This document shows, in pieces, positions 25,586 through 36,028 of a DNA stretch of 64,000 nucleotides (position 1 is its first letter; the number at the start of each line of letters is the position of its first letter). The notes beneath the pieces are model-generated. The model was not told the origin of the DNA. It saw only the letters and a program-made list of their open reading frames with translations, and did not search any database. The translations under genes and the position numbers were made by a program. The stretch lies in assembly GCA_963782525.1 (NCBI GenBank), contig CAWAKC010000004.1, positions 117,528-181,527 on the forward strand. The letters are read 5' to 3'. This DNA comes from Candidatus Bathyarchaeota archaeon. GTDB lineage: Archaea; Thermoproteota; Bathyarchaeia; Bathyarchaeales; Bathycorpusculaceae.

Positions 25586-26179
25586 CTATTGTTTTTTGCC
25601 GTAGAGCTCCAGGTACTCTGCGAACCGTTTAGTGGTTTTTTTGAGGCTCCGGAAGCCCTCCTCATCCAACTTGACGCCATCCAACGTGTCCTTAGACCAA
25701 AAGGTTGCGCCTAGGTTTGCGCCGAAGAATCCGCCGCCTACCCCAATCATTCCATTTATCACGAAAAAGTTGTGTATCTGCATGAGGGCAAATTCTTGGC
25801 CGCCGTTGCGGTCGCCGCCGCATACGATGCCCATGCCAACTTTGCCTTTGAAAAAGTTTTTGTCTGCGGCAACTGCTGCGCGCATTCGGTCCATGACGGC
25901 TTTGGTTTGGGCACTGACGCCGCCATTGTAGACTGGCGACGCAAAGATGATGCCTTGGGCTCCCGTTAACAGGGCATAGAGTTCTTGGAGGTCATCTTGT
26001 ACAACGCATTCCTTGTTTTTTAGGCAGTAATCGCAGTGTGCACAGTAATCCACCCATTTGCCACGGACAGTCCAGAGCTTGGTCTCATAGCCCTTTTCGG
26101 CGAGCGTTTTTAGGGCTTCTTCTAGGACGTGTTCGGTCGATTGTTTTCTTGGGCTACCGCAAACTCCAACAATCAGCAT
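25586..26179 (-). CDS. Iron-sulfur flavoprotein (Isf)/flavodoxin family
   Basis: GSPRK, CAHCDYC-x5-C, ASPVYNG, GGDRNGGQE. Confidence 0.88.
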   Translation of the reverse strand: MLIVGVCGSPRKQSTEHVLEEALKTLAEKGYETKLWTVRGKWVDYCAHCDYCLKNKECVVQDDLQELYALLTGAQGIIFASPVYNGGVSAQTKAVMDRMRAAVAADKNFFKGKVGMGIVCGGDRNGGQEFALMQIHNFFVINGMIGVGGGFFGANLGATFWSKDTLDGVKLDEEGFRSLKKTTKRFAEYLELYGKKQ

Positions 26180-26312
26180 AAGCAGTCACTAATGGGTAAC
26201 TTGGGGTTTGCTTTAAGTATTCCCCTTTTGAAAAAATAAGGCATTAATTAAAACAAAAACTCAAAAATTTAAAAAACGAAAATAAGAAAAGAGAAAATTA
26301 GGAGAAAGAAGA

Positions 26313-28529
26313 TTATTCTTTCTCGAAGTATTCTTCTGGTTTTGGCGGAGTTGGTGGTAAGCCTCTGCGTTCACGAATCTTCTTTATGGTTTCAGCCTGC
26401 ATCTGCTCTGGAACATATGCCCAACGAGCGAACTGTGTGGCCCAAAATGCTCTGCCTGAAGTTGAACCGCGTAATTCATCAGCTATGCCAAAACTTTCAG
26501 AGACTGGCATTTCTGCTTTAACGGTAATTATGTCATCTTCTGAGGGCATGTCGAGGATTTTGCCACGGCGTTTGTTTAGCATTGTGATGACGGCGCTGAC
26601 ATATTCGCTTGGAACTTTGCATTCGAAGCTCATCAATGGCTCAAGTAGTTTTGGATCGCTCAAGAGAATAGTGCAGTAGATTGGTCTCCAAGTCATGGGG
26701 ATAGCTTGTGCTGGTCCACGATGAACGGGGTCTTCATGTAAGACGATGTCTTCAAGGTTAATCTTTAAGCCGTATGCTGGCTCTTTAGCGAGCGGTGAAG
26801 TGTGTACGGCTTCGCGGAAACCAGTTTTGATGTGGTCGAGGATTTCTTCTACATATTGGCGTCCGCGGATACGGTTAACGAGTATGCAGTTTTCTTCAAC
26901 GGCAACTGCGCCTTTGGCTTCTTCTGGTGACCAGCCGAGTGCGCGCAAAGTTTTGGTACGTTCATCTCTGCTTTGCATGTCAGTGATTTTTTCAGACTTA
27001 ATTGCTTCAATAACTTCCTCAGATAATTTGTCGATGGTTATCCAGAGTTTGTTGTGTTTGTTGGGGCTTTTACCCATGATTGCTGGTCCTTTGTAGTCAT
27101 GGCTTATTGTTTCTCTGAAGATGACGATTGGTTTGCTTAATTTTACTTTTAAGCCTGCTTCTTGCATTCGATATGCGGTGATTTCAAGGTGAAGTTCGCC
27201 CATTCCTGAGAGTAGGAATTCGCCGCTTTCTTTGTTCATGACGAAGTGCAAGTTGGGGTCTTCTGTTGTGAGTTTATGCATGACTTTGTCGAATAGTGGT
27301 AGGTCTTTGACGTCTTCTGGTTCAACTGCGACGGTTACGACGGGGTCGGAAACGTAGTTTAAGCCTTCAAAAGAGTGGACTTCTTGGCCTTCTTCAGCGA
27401 TGGTTTCGCCGACGTGGATAGATGGAAGACCCGAAATGGCTCCGATGTTGCCTGCAGGAACACGGTCAATAAGCACTCGGTCTGTTGCCATACTCATGAA
27501 GACCTGTTGAATAGTGCCTTTTTGGTTGCTGCTTAAAAGCTGAACGGTTTTGCCTCTCTCGATTGAACCGCTGAAAATTCTGCCGATTGCAACTGTTCCG
27601 CTGTGTGGGTCAACTTCGATGGTGGAGATGCACATGAGTAAGGGTGCTTTAGGATCGACTTTTGCCATTCCTTGTCCTGTTGGGCTGGATACGTCGCCTG
27701 GCCAAATTTGAGGTTGCCTGTAGGGTTGAGCTTCATAGGGGTTTGGAAGATGTTTAACGAACATGTCCAAGATAGGTTCTGGAAGAGGCGCTTTTTTGCT
27801 GAGTTCATCGACTTTTCTGCCGACTTCAATTGGGTCACCTGAGTAAGCATCGATGATGTCTTGGAAGGAGACTTTCTTCATTTTCATATGATCAAGGTTT
27901 AAGCCCCATTTGTGAAGGGCTGACCCAAATGCCACACGACTATCTTCAATTGTTACTTGCCAATCTTTCTTGTGCTCGGCAGGTGCATATTTCTCGATTA
28001 AAGTATTAACTCTTAGGAGAATCTTTGCAAATTTCTTCTGGATTTCTTGTGGGGAAAGTTTAATTTCTTTGATTAAACGGTCAACTTTGTTGATAAATAG
28101 AATTGGCTTTACACGTTCTCTTAGGGCCTGCATTAGGACGGTTTCGGTCTGGGTCATTGGTCCCTCAACTGCATCTACGACAACAAGTGCGCCGTCAACT
28201 GCTCGCAAACTTCTTGTTACAGCTCCTGAAAAGTCAATGTGGCCAGGGGTGTCGATTAAGTTGATTAAGTAATCTTTTTCTTGGTAAGTGTGGACTAAGC
28301 TGACGTTTGAGGCGAAGACAGTCATTTGACGTTTCTGCTCAAGGTCCCATGAGTCAAGGAACAGTTTCTGTCCTGCCGTTTGGGTACTGATGATTCCTGC
28401 CGCTGCCAGAAGACTGTCAGCCAGGGTTGTTTTTCCATGGTCAACATGGGCGATGATGCTCGTGTTGCGTACGAAAATTGGGGTTTCCATTAGTTTCACA
28501 ATTTCTTCCGTTTGCCTGTAACGCGCCAT
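26313..28529 (-). CDS. Translation elongation factor EF-2 or EF-2 paralogue
   Basis: AHVDHGKT, DTPGH, NKVD, LSGMGELHLE, HEDPVHRGPAQ, LRGSTSGRA; switch I reads RQMT instead of RGIT. Confidence 0.93.
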   Translation of the reverse strand: MARYRQTEEIVKLMETPIFVRNTSIIAHVDHGKTTLADSLLAAAGIISTQTAGQKLFLDSWDLEQKRQMTVFASNVSLVHTYQEKDYLINLIDTPGHIDFSGAVTRSLRAVDGALVVVDAVEGPMTQTETVLMQALRERVKPILFINKVDRLIKEIKLSPQEIQKKFAKILLRVNTLIEKYAPAEHKKDWQVTIEDSRVAFGSALHKWGLNLDHMKMKKVSFQDIIDAYSGDPIEVGRKVDELSKKAPLPEPILDMFVKHLPNPYEAQPYRQPQIWPGDVSSPTGQGMAKVDPKAPLLMCISTIEVDPHSGTVAIGRIFSGSIERGKTVQLLSSNQKGTIQQVFMSMATDRVLIDRVPAGNIGAISGLPSIHVGETIAEEGQEVHSFEGLNYVSDPVVTVAVEPEDVKDLPLFDKVMHKLTTEDPNLHFVMNKESGEFLLSGMGELHLEITAYRMQEAGLKVKLSKPIVIFRETISHDYKGPAIMGKSPNKHNKLWITIDKLSEEVIEAIKSEKITDMQSRDERTKTLRALGWSPEEAKGAVAVEENCILVNRIRGRQYVEEILDHIKTGFREAVHTSPLAKEPAYGLKINLEDIVLHEDPVHRGPAQAIPMTWRPIYCTILLSDPKLLEPLMSFECKVPSEYVSAVITMLNKRRGKILDMPSEDDIITVKAEMPVSESFGIADELRGSTSGRAFWATQFARWAYVPEQMQAETIKKIRERRGLPPTPPKPEEYFEKE

Positions 28530-29166
28530 AATTAATCAATCTCCAATTTAATTGAATTTATTACTTGAAAGACTTGTTTTTTAATTATTTGAAGCATTAT
28601 TCACTCTCTCATGAAACGGTAAACTACATGGAAAGTGAGTTTGTAGCCTATTAACTTTATGGCATGATTCCATAAAAATAATTGAGGCAAAAAATACCTC
28701 TTTATTTGCTCCAGACATGATTTTACTGAGAGAAAATCGGTTTGTGATTAATTTTGCTAAGTAGCTAGCGGTTAATTGGGCTTCGCAAGTTGGTAAAGCC
28801 TAATTCGCAAAAAAGAATAAATCTATTTTATTTTTCTATTTAGCGAAGAATTCGGAGCTTAAAGGAGCAAAAAAAGTTAAATGACTGAAGAATCACTTGC
28901 ATATAATTCATCATTCTGCTTCATTTCTTTCGAGTTAAAGACTGCTTTCTCTGCGATTAGTTTAAATGCAACAATCGACAATAAACAAAAATTAAATTGC
29001 CAAAATTGGCGAAGTAAATTTAACCGCTGAGGATAAGAATGCACCTTCAAACAGTTCCAGCACATGAAAATAATGGATTGTTCCAGGATTCCTTAGCTCC
29101 GGTCATCTTTGCTTTTAGTCGGGGTTGTTACTAACACATCTTTACTGAGGTTTTGGCGGAATAAGA

Positions 29167-31947
29167 TTGGAAAAAGCTGCTTCTTTGCCGATTGACAAGG
29201 TTTTCGATGACCTAAACACATCAGCTAACGGATTAACAAGCGAAGAAGCTAAACTGCGACTAAAAAAATATGGCTACAATAAGCTTTCCGAGAAAAGGAA
29301 AATTCCATTTATACACAAGTTTATCTATCATCTTAGAGATTTATTCGGCATTTTGTTGTTAGTGGCAGCAGTCTTATCTTATATTAGTGGAAGTCCCGAA
29401 CTTGCCCTCATCATCCTTGCAGTAGTTTTGGTAAACATTTTCGTCAGCATCTTCCAAGAATCGCGTGCAGAAAAAGCTATGGAAACCCTCAAAAGCTGGA
29501 TGCCTGAATATGCCAAAGTTATCCGAGACGGCGAACTCAAGAAAATCTCAGTTAGAGAAATTGTTCCAGGCGACGTAATTTTCCTTGAAGAAGGCGACCG
29601 GGTTCCCGCGGACGCCAGATTAATTGAAGCTTTTGATTTATGGACAAATAATGTTCCGTTAACTGGAGAATCTGAACCGCAGCCACGTGTTGCTGAAGCC
29701 GTCAAAGTTGTTGAAAAAGCCTACTTGTATTCAGCTAACCTTGTTTTCATGAGCACCAGCGTTGCAAAGGGTCAAGGGAAAGCAGTTGTTTACTCTACAG
29801 GCATGGAAACGCAATTTGGAAAAATTGCAAGTTTAACCCAGACTATTAAGGAAGAGGAAAGCCCGCTTCAGAAAGAAATCGCCTTGACAGCAAAGTATGA
29901 TTTTATCATTGCCGTGGTTGTAGGTACAATTTTCTTTATCGCCAGTTTTCTTTTTCTCCATGTTCCCCTTGCCACAAGCATCTTTTTCATGATTGGTGTT
30001 ATGGTTTGTTGTGTTCCTGAAGGTTTGCAGGTTACAGTTTCCAGCGCCTTAGCTATCAACGTTCTAAAAATGGTACGGCAGAATGTTGTTGTTAAACGGT
30101 TATCTGCCGTGCAAACTTTAGGCAGTGTAACCGTTATCTGTACGGACAAAACAGGTACAATCACCAAAGGCGAAATGACCGTAAACAAACTATGGGTCTT
30201 CGATTACGTGGTGGACGTTTCTGGTTCAGGCTACATGCCTGAGGGCGATTTCACTATAAACGGTGAGCCACTGCAAAAAGGACAAACGGCTTCTTTGGAG
30301 AAGCTACTGGAGATTGCTGCTCTTTGCAACGGGGCAAAGCTTGATCCACCTTCAGATAAAAACCGAAATTGGAATGTTATCGGTGACCCAACCGACGGCG
30401 CATTGCTTGTTGCCACACTTAAGTCAAACGTGAACATTCAGGATGCTTTAGCTGCGAAACCGATTCTGGATGTTTTGCCCTTCAGTTTCGAACGAAAACG
30501 CATGACAACTGTTCACAAACTTAACGGTAACGTCTTAATCTATACTAAGGGTGCCCCGAGAAACATACTTGACGTCTGCAGCAAAGTGCTCGTTGACGGC
30601 AAAATCGTCGAATTAGACCAGGAAAAAATGAGTTGGATTGAATCTAGAATCCACGAATTCGCTAATGCAGGACTGCGCGTTATAGCTGTTGCTTACCAGC
30701 AAATACCCAAGAGCGAGTACAAGAAGGGCATAGAAGTCGAAAACAACCTTATCTTTGTCGGTTTAGCAGGAATGCGCGACCCTCCAAGAGCCGAAGTAAA
30801 GGATGCTGTTGAAAAAGCAAAACAAGCAGGAATAAAAACAGTGATTATTACAGGCGATTATGGTCCAACTGCACAATCAATAGCTCAAGACGTAGGCATA
30901 GTGGCGAAAGATTTTGCCCAAGTTATCCGCGGCATTGACCTTGAAGAGTTAAACGACCAAGCCATAGTAGATGAGGTCAAAAAAGGTGACGTGATTTTCG
31001 CTAGAGTTTCTCCTGAACAGAAACTCCGTATAGTTAAGGTTCTTAAGAATAGCGGTGAAGTTGTTGCGGTTACGGGTGATGGAGCAAACGATGCGCCATC
31101 ACTTAAGGAGGCAGACATTGGCGTGGCCATGGGGGCGTCTGGAACGGATGTTGCCCGAGAAGCCGCAGACATCGTGCTGTTAAACGACAGTTTTGCTTCA
31201 ATCGTTAAAGCGGTTGAATCTGGCAGAGCCATTTACGAGAACATCCGCAAATTCATCGTTTACGTGTTCAGCCACAACTGGGCAGAACTCATCCCATACG
31301 TCCTTTATGCGGTGCTGGCTATTCCATTGCCGCTGCTTGTGGTCCAAGTTTTAGCCATCGACTTAGCCATAGACGTTATCCCTAGTTTAGCTCTCAGTCG
31401 TGAACCTCCAGAAGCAGGAATAATGGAGGAATCCCCGAGAAGCCTCAAAGAAAGATTGTTCACAGGCAAAGTCTTTGGGCGTTCACTCTTCATTGGCGTA
31501 ATCATCGCAGCTGGAGCAATGTTCGGATGCTTAAGCGCTTGGATGGCAGGAGGCTGGCACTACGGTATGGTTTTAACATCTGATAGCTCATTCTACACGA
31601 GCGGCGTTTATGCTAAAGGAGTAACGATGACGTTTGCAGGCATCGTGGTTGCTCAAGCTGGAAACGTTTTAGCATGCCGAACCAGCAGACAATCAATTTT
31701 TAGAACAAGCCTGAAAACCAACAAATGGATAATTGCTGGTATAATATCACAGCTTTCCATCTTGGCATTCATAGTTTATGTTCCACTAATGCAACATGTC
31801 TTCGGCACCGCCGCACTAGGCTTAACAGATTGGCTATTCCTGATTTCGCTGGCGCTGGCAGTTGTGTTCGCTGAAGAAATCCGAAAGTTCTTTGTCAGAA
31901 GATTCGGAAAAACTGCAGAGGATCCAAGTAAACATGACCACACATAA
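29167..31947 (+). CDS. P-type cation-transporting ATPase, type II
   Basis: TGES, PEGL, DKTGT, KGAP, MRDPPR, TGD, GDGANDAP. Confidence 0.96.
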   Translation: MEKAASLPIDKVFDDLNTSANGLTSEEAKLRLKKYGYNKLSEKRKIPFIHKFIYHLRDLFGILLLVAAVLSYISGSPELALIILAVVLVNIFVSIFQESRAEKAMETLKSWMPEYAKVIRDGELKKISVREIVPGDVIFLEEGDRVPADARLIEAFDLWTNNVPLTGESEPQPRVAEAVKVVEKAYLYSANLVFMSTSVAKGQGKAVVYSTGMETQFGKIASLTQTIKEEESPLQKEIALTAKYDFIIAVVVGTIFFIASFLFLHVPLATSIFFMIGVMVCCVPEGLQVTVSSALAINVLKMVRQNVVVKRLSAVQTLGSVTVICTDKTGTITKGEMTVNKLWVFDYVVDVSGSGYMPEGDFTINGEPLQKGQTASLEKLLEIAALCNGAKLDPPSDKNRNWNVIGDPTDGALLVATLKSNVNIQDALAAKPILDVLPFSFERKRMTTVHKLNGNVLIYTKGAPRNILDVCSKVLVDGKIVELDQEKMSWIESRIHEFANAGLRVIAVAYQQIPKSEYKKGIEVENNLIFVGLAGMRDPPRAEVKDAVEKAKQAGIKTVIITGDYGPTAQSIAQDVGIVAKDFAQVIRGIDLEELNDQAIVDEVKKGDVIFARVSPEQKLRIVKVLKNSGEVVAVTGDGANDAPSLKEADIGVAMGASGTDVAREAADIVLLNDSFASIVKAVESGRAIYENIRKFIVYVFSHNWAELIPYVLYAVLAIPLPLLVVQVLAIDLAIDVIPSLALSREPPEAGIMEESPRSLKERLFTGKVFGRSLFIGVIIAAGAMFGCLSAWMAGGWHYGMVLTSDSSFYTSGVYAKGVTMTFAGIVVAQAGNVLACRTSRQSIFRTSLKTNKWIIAGIISQLSILAFIVYVPLMQHVFGTAALGLTDWLFLISLALAVVFAEEIRKFFVRRFGKTAEDPSKHDHT

Positions 31948-32107
31948 GCGTTTAATGAGTAGGTGGAATGCGGTGTTTTCCCAGCCAGCCCAATAAAATA
32001 AGAATTTTAGAATAATGTGAATGAGAACTGTTTCTTAATATGCTGTTTATTTTCCTCCAGATTAGTTGTTAATCGCTTAAAAACTATAAACATTCAGTTT
32101 ACTTATA

Positions 32108-32418
32108 ATGCTCACTTACTTGGTTTTGTGTGGTGTAACGACCAAAATAATTGAAAATCCTAAAGGCGAAAATGGCACTGAAATCGCCGCATTAATTATT
32201 CGTGCACCAGCTATAGCGTTTGCTCTATTTTGATGGTTGTCAGTAGCTCATACTCTTCCGGGTATTTCTTTCGATACTTATGCATAATCGGCGGGGTAGG
32301 CGTCATGGTGAACGGGTCATTGCCGCTCTATGAAAGCTTGAGCGCAAATAAAATCATGAACGAAATAGAGCTTGAATTGCGCATTGAAGCTGATAAAGAA
32401 GAAAAACTTTCTACCTAA
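32108..32418 (+). pseudogene. Possible small membrane protein split by a T-run frameshift
   Basis: MLTYLVLCG...APAIAFALF then, after a shift at the T4 run near 32228, LMVVSSSY...LCIIGGVGVMVNG... Confidence 0.3.
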
Positions 32419-32517
32419 AATCTTATATTGAAAGAACTTATTTTCTTTTTAAACATTCCGTTAGCTTTCATTGGCTCAAAGACAATGTGGAGGGCAAAAT
32501 AAAAACTGATTAGAAAG

Positions 32518-33207
32518 TTGAAATTTCAAGCGATTGGAGCTCTCCTCATCGTAGTTTTGTCAGGCATTGCGATTTTTAGCATTGTGGAGACGACTGTTGA
32601 AGGTAACCCAATCCGTGTAGCATGTATTGGCGATAGCATAACTGAGGGGAGTGGGTATCCAAATATGCTACGCCAATTACTCGGTCCGAACTACACGGTA
32701 GCTAACTTTGGAGTCAGCGGATCAACAGTGACATCTCAGTCTATCAGGCCTTACATGGATCAAGGTGCGTTTCAAGAAGCAATCGACTACCACCCTGACA
32801 TCGTTGTTATAATGCTGGGAACAAATGATGCTAACAGTGATATAGCTCAGAATGAAACTAGCTTTGAAGCGGATTATTCACAGATCATCAATTCTTTCGA
32901 ACAGCTTGAAGGTAGGCAATTAATTTGGATCGTTAAGTCGCCGCCAATATTTGCTGACAACTCAAGTTACAACAACACTTACCTTGAAAACAATGTGTTT
33001 CCTCAAATTGACAACGTAGCAGACCAAATGAAACTTCCCACCGTTGACATGTACAGTGCCTTCGGCAATCACTCCGATTATTTCATGGATGGAGTTCACC
33101 CCGGCAGTGAGGGCGCTTCATTGATTGCCTCCCATGTGTACGATGCAATAACGTTGCCAGACGGCTCCCCTGATACCACTCAATTCAGCGAGGGTTACTC
33201 TGGTTGA
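32518..33207 (+). CDS. Membrane-anchored SGNH/GDSL hydrolase
   Basis: N-terminal TM; GDSIT, NFGVSG, MLGTND and DGVHP blocks. Confidence 0.92.
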   Translation: MKFQAIGALLIVVLSGIAIFSIVETTVEGNPIRVACIGDSITEGSGYPNMLRQLLGPNYTVANFGVSGSTVTSQSIRPYMDQGAFQEAIDYHPDIVVIMLGTNDANSDIAQNETSFEADYSQIINSFEQLEGRQLIWIVKSPPIFADNSSYNNTYLENNVFPQIDNVADQMKLPTVDMYSAFGNHSDYFMDGVHPGSEGASLIASHVYDAITLPDGSPDTTQFSEGYSG

Positions 33208-33299
33208 TTTCTCTTGCAAATTGCTCGTTTAAGTTACAACTTTTTATTTCGATTCAAAATGCAAACTGTTAATTAGTAAATCATAACTACAGAAAGTTA

Positions 33300-34397
33300 A
33301 TGTCACCGGAACCTACCTCGCAACCTAAGAATGTGGGTATAACTCTTCCAGTTGATCTAATCCGCACCGTAGCGATAATTCTGGTAATCCTACTTCACGC
33401 AGCCATCGAACCTAACCCAAGCTTGAGTTTAATGTCCCCTGCAGGAGTACAACTCTGGTGGACCTCCAACGTCTACGATTCCATCTCACGGACGGCTGTA
33501 CCGTTGTTTATTATGTTAACTGGCGCCCTCTTGCTTACGCCAACAAAAAAAGATGAGCCGCTTAGAATTTTCTTTAAGAAACGTTGGAACCGTATAGGCA
33601 TCCCTGTTTTGTTCTGGGGCGCAATATTCTTCGCATGGGACTTTCTTGTCAGAGGTCAACCAGCAACATTTCTCTTTGTCTTTCAAGGAATACTAGCAGG
33701 TCCTTATGTCCACTTTTGGTATGTGTACGTTCTTATTGGTTTGTACCTAATTACGCCACTTCTACGGGTAATAGTGGCTCATGCGGAATGGAGCACCATT
33801 AAGTATTTTCTGATAATATGGTTCGTAGGCACTGGCATATTGCCACTTTTAACTTTCTACGTAGGCATTAGCCCTCAGGCTGTATGGTTTAGGCAAAACG
33901 CTTTCCTCTTGGTTGGTCTGCTGGGATATTTTGTTCTGGGCGCTTACACTGCAAAATTGACACTGCGCAGATCCACACTGGTTTTGATGCTGACTTTAAG
34001 CACCGTTTTTACGATAGTTGGCACTTACTTCTTAATTGCATCGTTAGGAGAACAGTATAGCCAATTTTTCCTCGATGCCTCAAGCTTCAGCGTAATAATT
34101 GCGGCAGTTTCGCTATTCCTTATTTTAGCATCTGTTCCCACCCAAAAAATTGAAACCCGTTTTCCTAAGTGCAATCAAGTTTTACAGGTTATAAGTGAAA
34201 ATACATTGCCCATCTACTTGTTCCATATAATTGTTCTTGAAACTCTACAGAAAGGGTACTTGGGACTAAAAATAAGTGTAACAAACATTAACCCAATCAT
34301 AGAAATCCCTTTAGTTACCTTAGTTACTCTGGTAATCTGCTTAGCTATCTTTGTTCCACTGAAAAAGATACCTTATGTAAAAAGAATAATCGGTTAA
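33300..34397 (+). CDS. Acyltransferase family 3 (AT3) membrane O-acyltransferase
   Basis: DLIRTVAIILVILLH, RTAVPLFIMLTG, FFKKR, HFWYVY, PIYLFH; about 10 TMs. Confidence 0.9.
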   Translation: MSPEPTSQPKNVGITLPVDLIRTVAIILVILLHAAIEPNPSLSLMSPAGVQLWWTSNVYDSISRTAVPLFIMLTGALLLTPTKKDEPLRIFFKKRWNRIGIPVLFWGAIFFAWDFLVRGQPATFLFVFQGILAGPYVHFWYVYVLIGLYLITPLLRVIVAHAEWSTIKYFLIIWFVGTGILPLLTFYVGISPQAVWFRQNAFLLVGLLGYFVLGAYTAKLTLRRSTLVLMLTLSTVFTIVGTYFLIASLGEQYSQFFLDASSFSVIIAAVSLFLILASVPTQKIETRFPKCNQVLQVISENTLPIYLFHIIVLETLQKGYLGLKISVTNINPIIEIPLVTLVTLVICLAIFVPLKKIPYVKRIIG

Positions 34398-34506
34398 ACT
34401 TTCATAGAGCAAAACTTCTGTTGCCGAATTATTATAGGTTGCAGGGGTAAATACAGCAAAAATTAAATCTTAAAAACACCAATTCAATTGGGGAAACAAT
34501 AAACTT

Positions 34507-35910
34507 TTGAAAACAATCAAAGAACCAACTACCCCAACATATACATCGAAAGGACACATATTTGACCCTGTAGCCCTTAAAAAATTTTTTAAGGAAAACT
34601 ACCCAATCTTAAGCATTATAGTTGGCTACTTGTTGGTTTCCTTTTCTTTAGGACCCTACTACAATGGAGACTCAGTATGGGAAACTGAAGCTGTGAAGGG
34701 CGTGATAAACTATGGGTTACCTTATGCGAACGGTTTTTACTTGATGGATCAGCCGCCTCTGGGTTTTTACATTCAAGCAGGATTTGCCAAAGTTTTCGGC
34801 TTATCCATGAACAACGGCACTTTTTTGGTAACTATGTTTGGATTGGGGGCAGTTATTTTAGTTTACTTGATTGGTAAAGAAGTATATAGTAAAACAACTG
34901 GTTTTTTCGCCGCCTTACTTTTTACTTTTGCTCCATGGCTTCTAATAATGTCCAGAATTATGCTCATAGATGTTCCCTGTCTATTCTTTAGCCTCTTAAG
35001 CCTGTTTTTGGGCATAATCGCTATTAAGAGAGGATCGTTCAAGCTTATAGTTGTCACAGGGTTTATTTTTGCGGGGGCTTTAAACACAAAACTCTACGCC
35101 GCCTTTATGCTTATTCCACTTGCAGGTTACTTCCTTTATTATGGACCGAAAAAACTCAAATATAAATTATCATGGGTTGTTGCTTTTATTACCCCAGTTT
35201 TTGTTTTCACTTATTTGTGGTATCAGACTATCACGGGATTGGGTTTGTTCTCCATCTTTGGCCACACCGACTTCAACGTTGATAACCCAGGAGGCTTTAT
35301 CCCCACGTACTTTTTCGCCACTAATTTTTTGGTTAGCTATGGGTTAGGCTGGTTTTTTATCGATGCCGTTGTCTTATCCCTGCTGGTTTATCTGGTGCAA
35401 AGACGTTTTCCGAGAAATTTTCTTGTTTTTGACGTAATCTGCGTTGCGGTAATTGCGTGTGCTTTGAGCGTTAATACTATTTTAGGTGCGACGTTGGACC
35501 TAAAAGCTCCTTTTCTTGACGCATTCAAATATGATTTCCAAACTTTGCCGTTTTTTAGTCTGTTAGCCGCCTCCTTGGTAAGCAAAAGTCTTTTTTTGGT
35601 CAATTTAGCTAAAACAAAGCTGAAAATAAGCAAAATAGTGTTTTATGCAGTTGCCGTGGCAGGGGTTTCTCTTGTGGCATTATCGATTTTCTACAACATG
35701 CGTTTTGTTAACTTGTTTTCTAGTGCAAATTATTTGATTTTCAGGGTTGAACCAACTGTAAATGTTGGTTATTCACTTTTTAACTCTGTCCCCACAAGCG
35801 GAAACACCGTTTACATCCAACTTTTTGGGTTCGCAATTGCCCTTTCAGGGTTGTTCTGGATAAGCAGACATAAAATAAACTCAGCCCTTAAGTTTATTCT
35901 TAAAAAATAA
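34507..35910 (+). CDS. GT-C fold glycosyltransferase (ArnT/PMT-like)
   Basis: DSVWE loop, DQPPL, SRIMLID, NTKLYA, many TMs. Confidence 0.8.
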   Translation: MKTIKEPTTPTYTSKGHIFDPVALKKFFKENYPILSIIVGYLLVSFSLGPYYNGDSVWETEAVKGVINYGLPYANGFYLMDQPPLGFYIQAGFAKVFGLSMNNGTFLVTMFGLGAVILVYLIGKEVYSKTTGFFAALLFTFAPWLLIMSRIMLIDVPCLFFSLLSLFLGIIAIKRGSFKLIVVTGFIFAGALNTKLYAAFMLIPLAGYFLYYGPKKLKYKLSWVVAFITPVFVFTYLWYQTITGLGLFSIFGHTDFNVDNPGGFIPTYFFATNFLVSYGLGWFFIDAVVLSLLVYLVQRRFPRNFLVFDVICVAVIACALSVNTILGATLDLKAPFLDAFKYDFQTLPFFSLLAASLVSKSLFLVNLAKTKLKISKIVFYAVAVAGVSLVALSIFYNMRFVNLFSSANYLIFRVEPTVNVGYSLFNSVPTSGNTVYIQLFGFAIALSGLFWISRHKINSALKFILKK

Positions 35911-36028
35911 AAAAACCTTAAAGTTTCTTTGTTTTATCGGGGCAAAATAACTTTTGATTTCATAACAACTGTTTGAGTTTAAAAAAAGTCTTATCTACTG
36001 GGGGGAACATACAGAAAAGCGATGCAAC

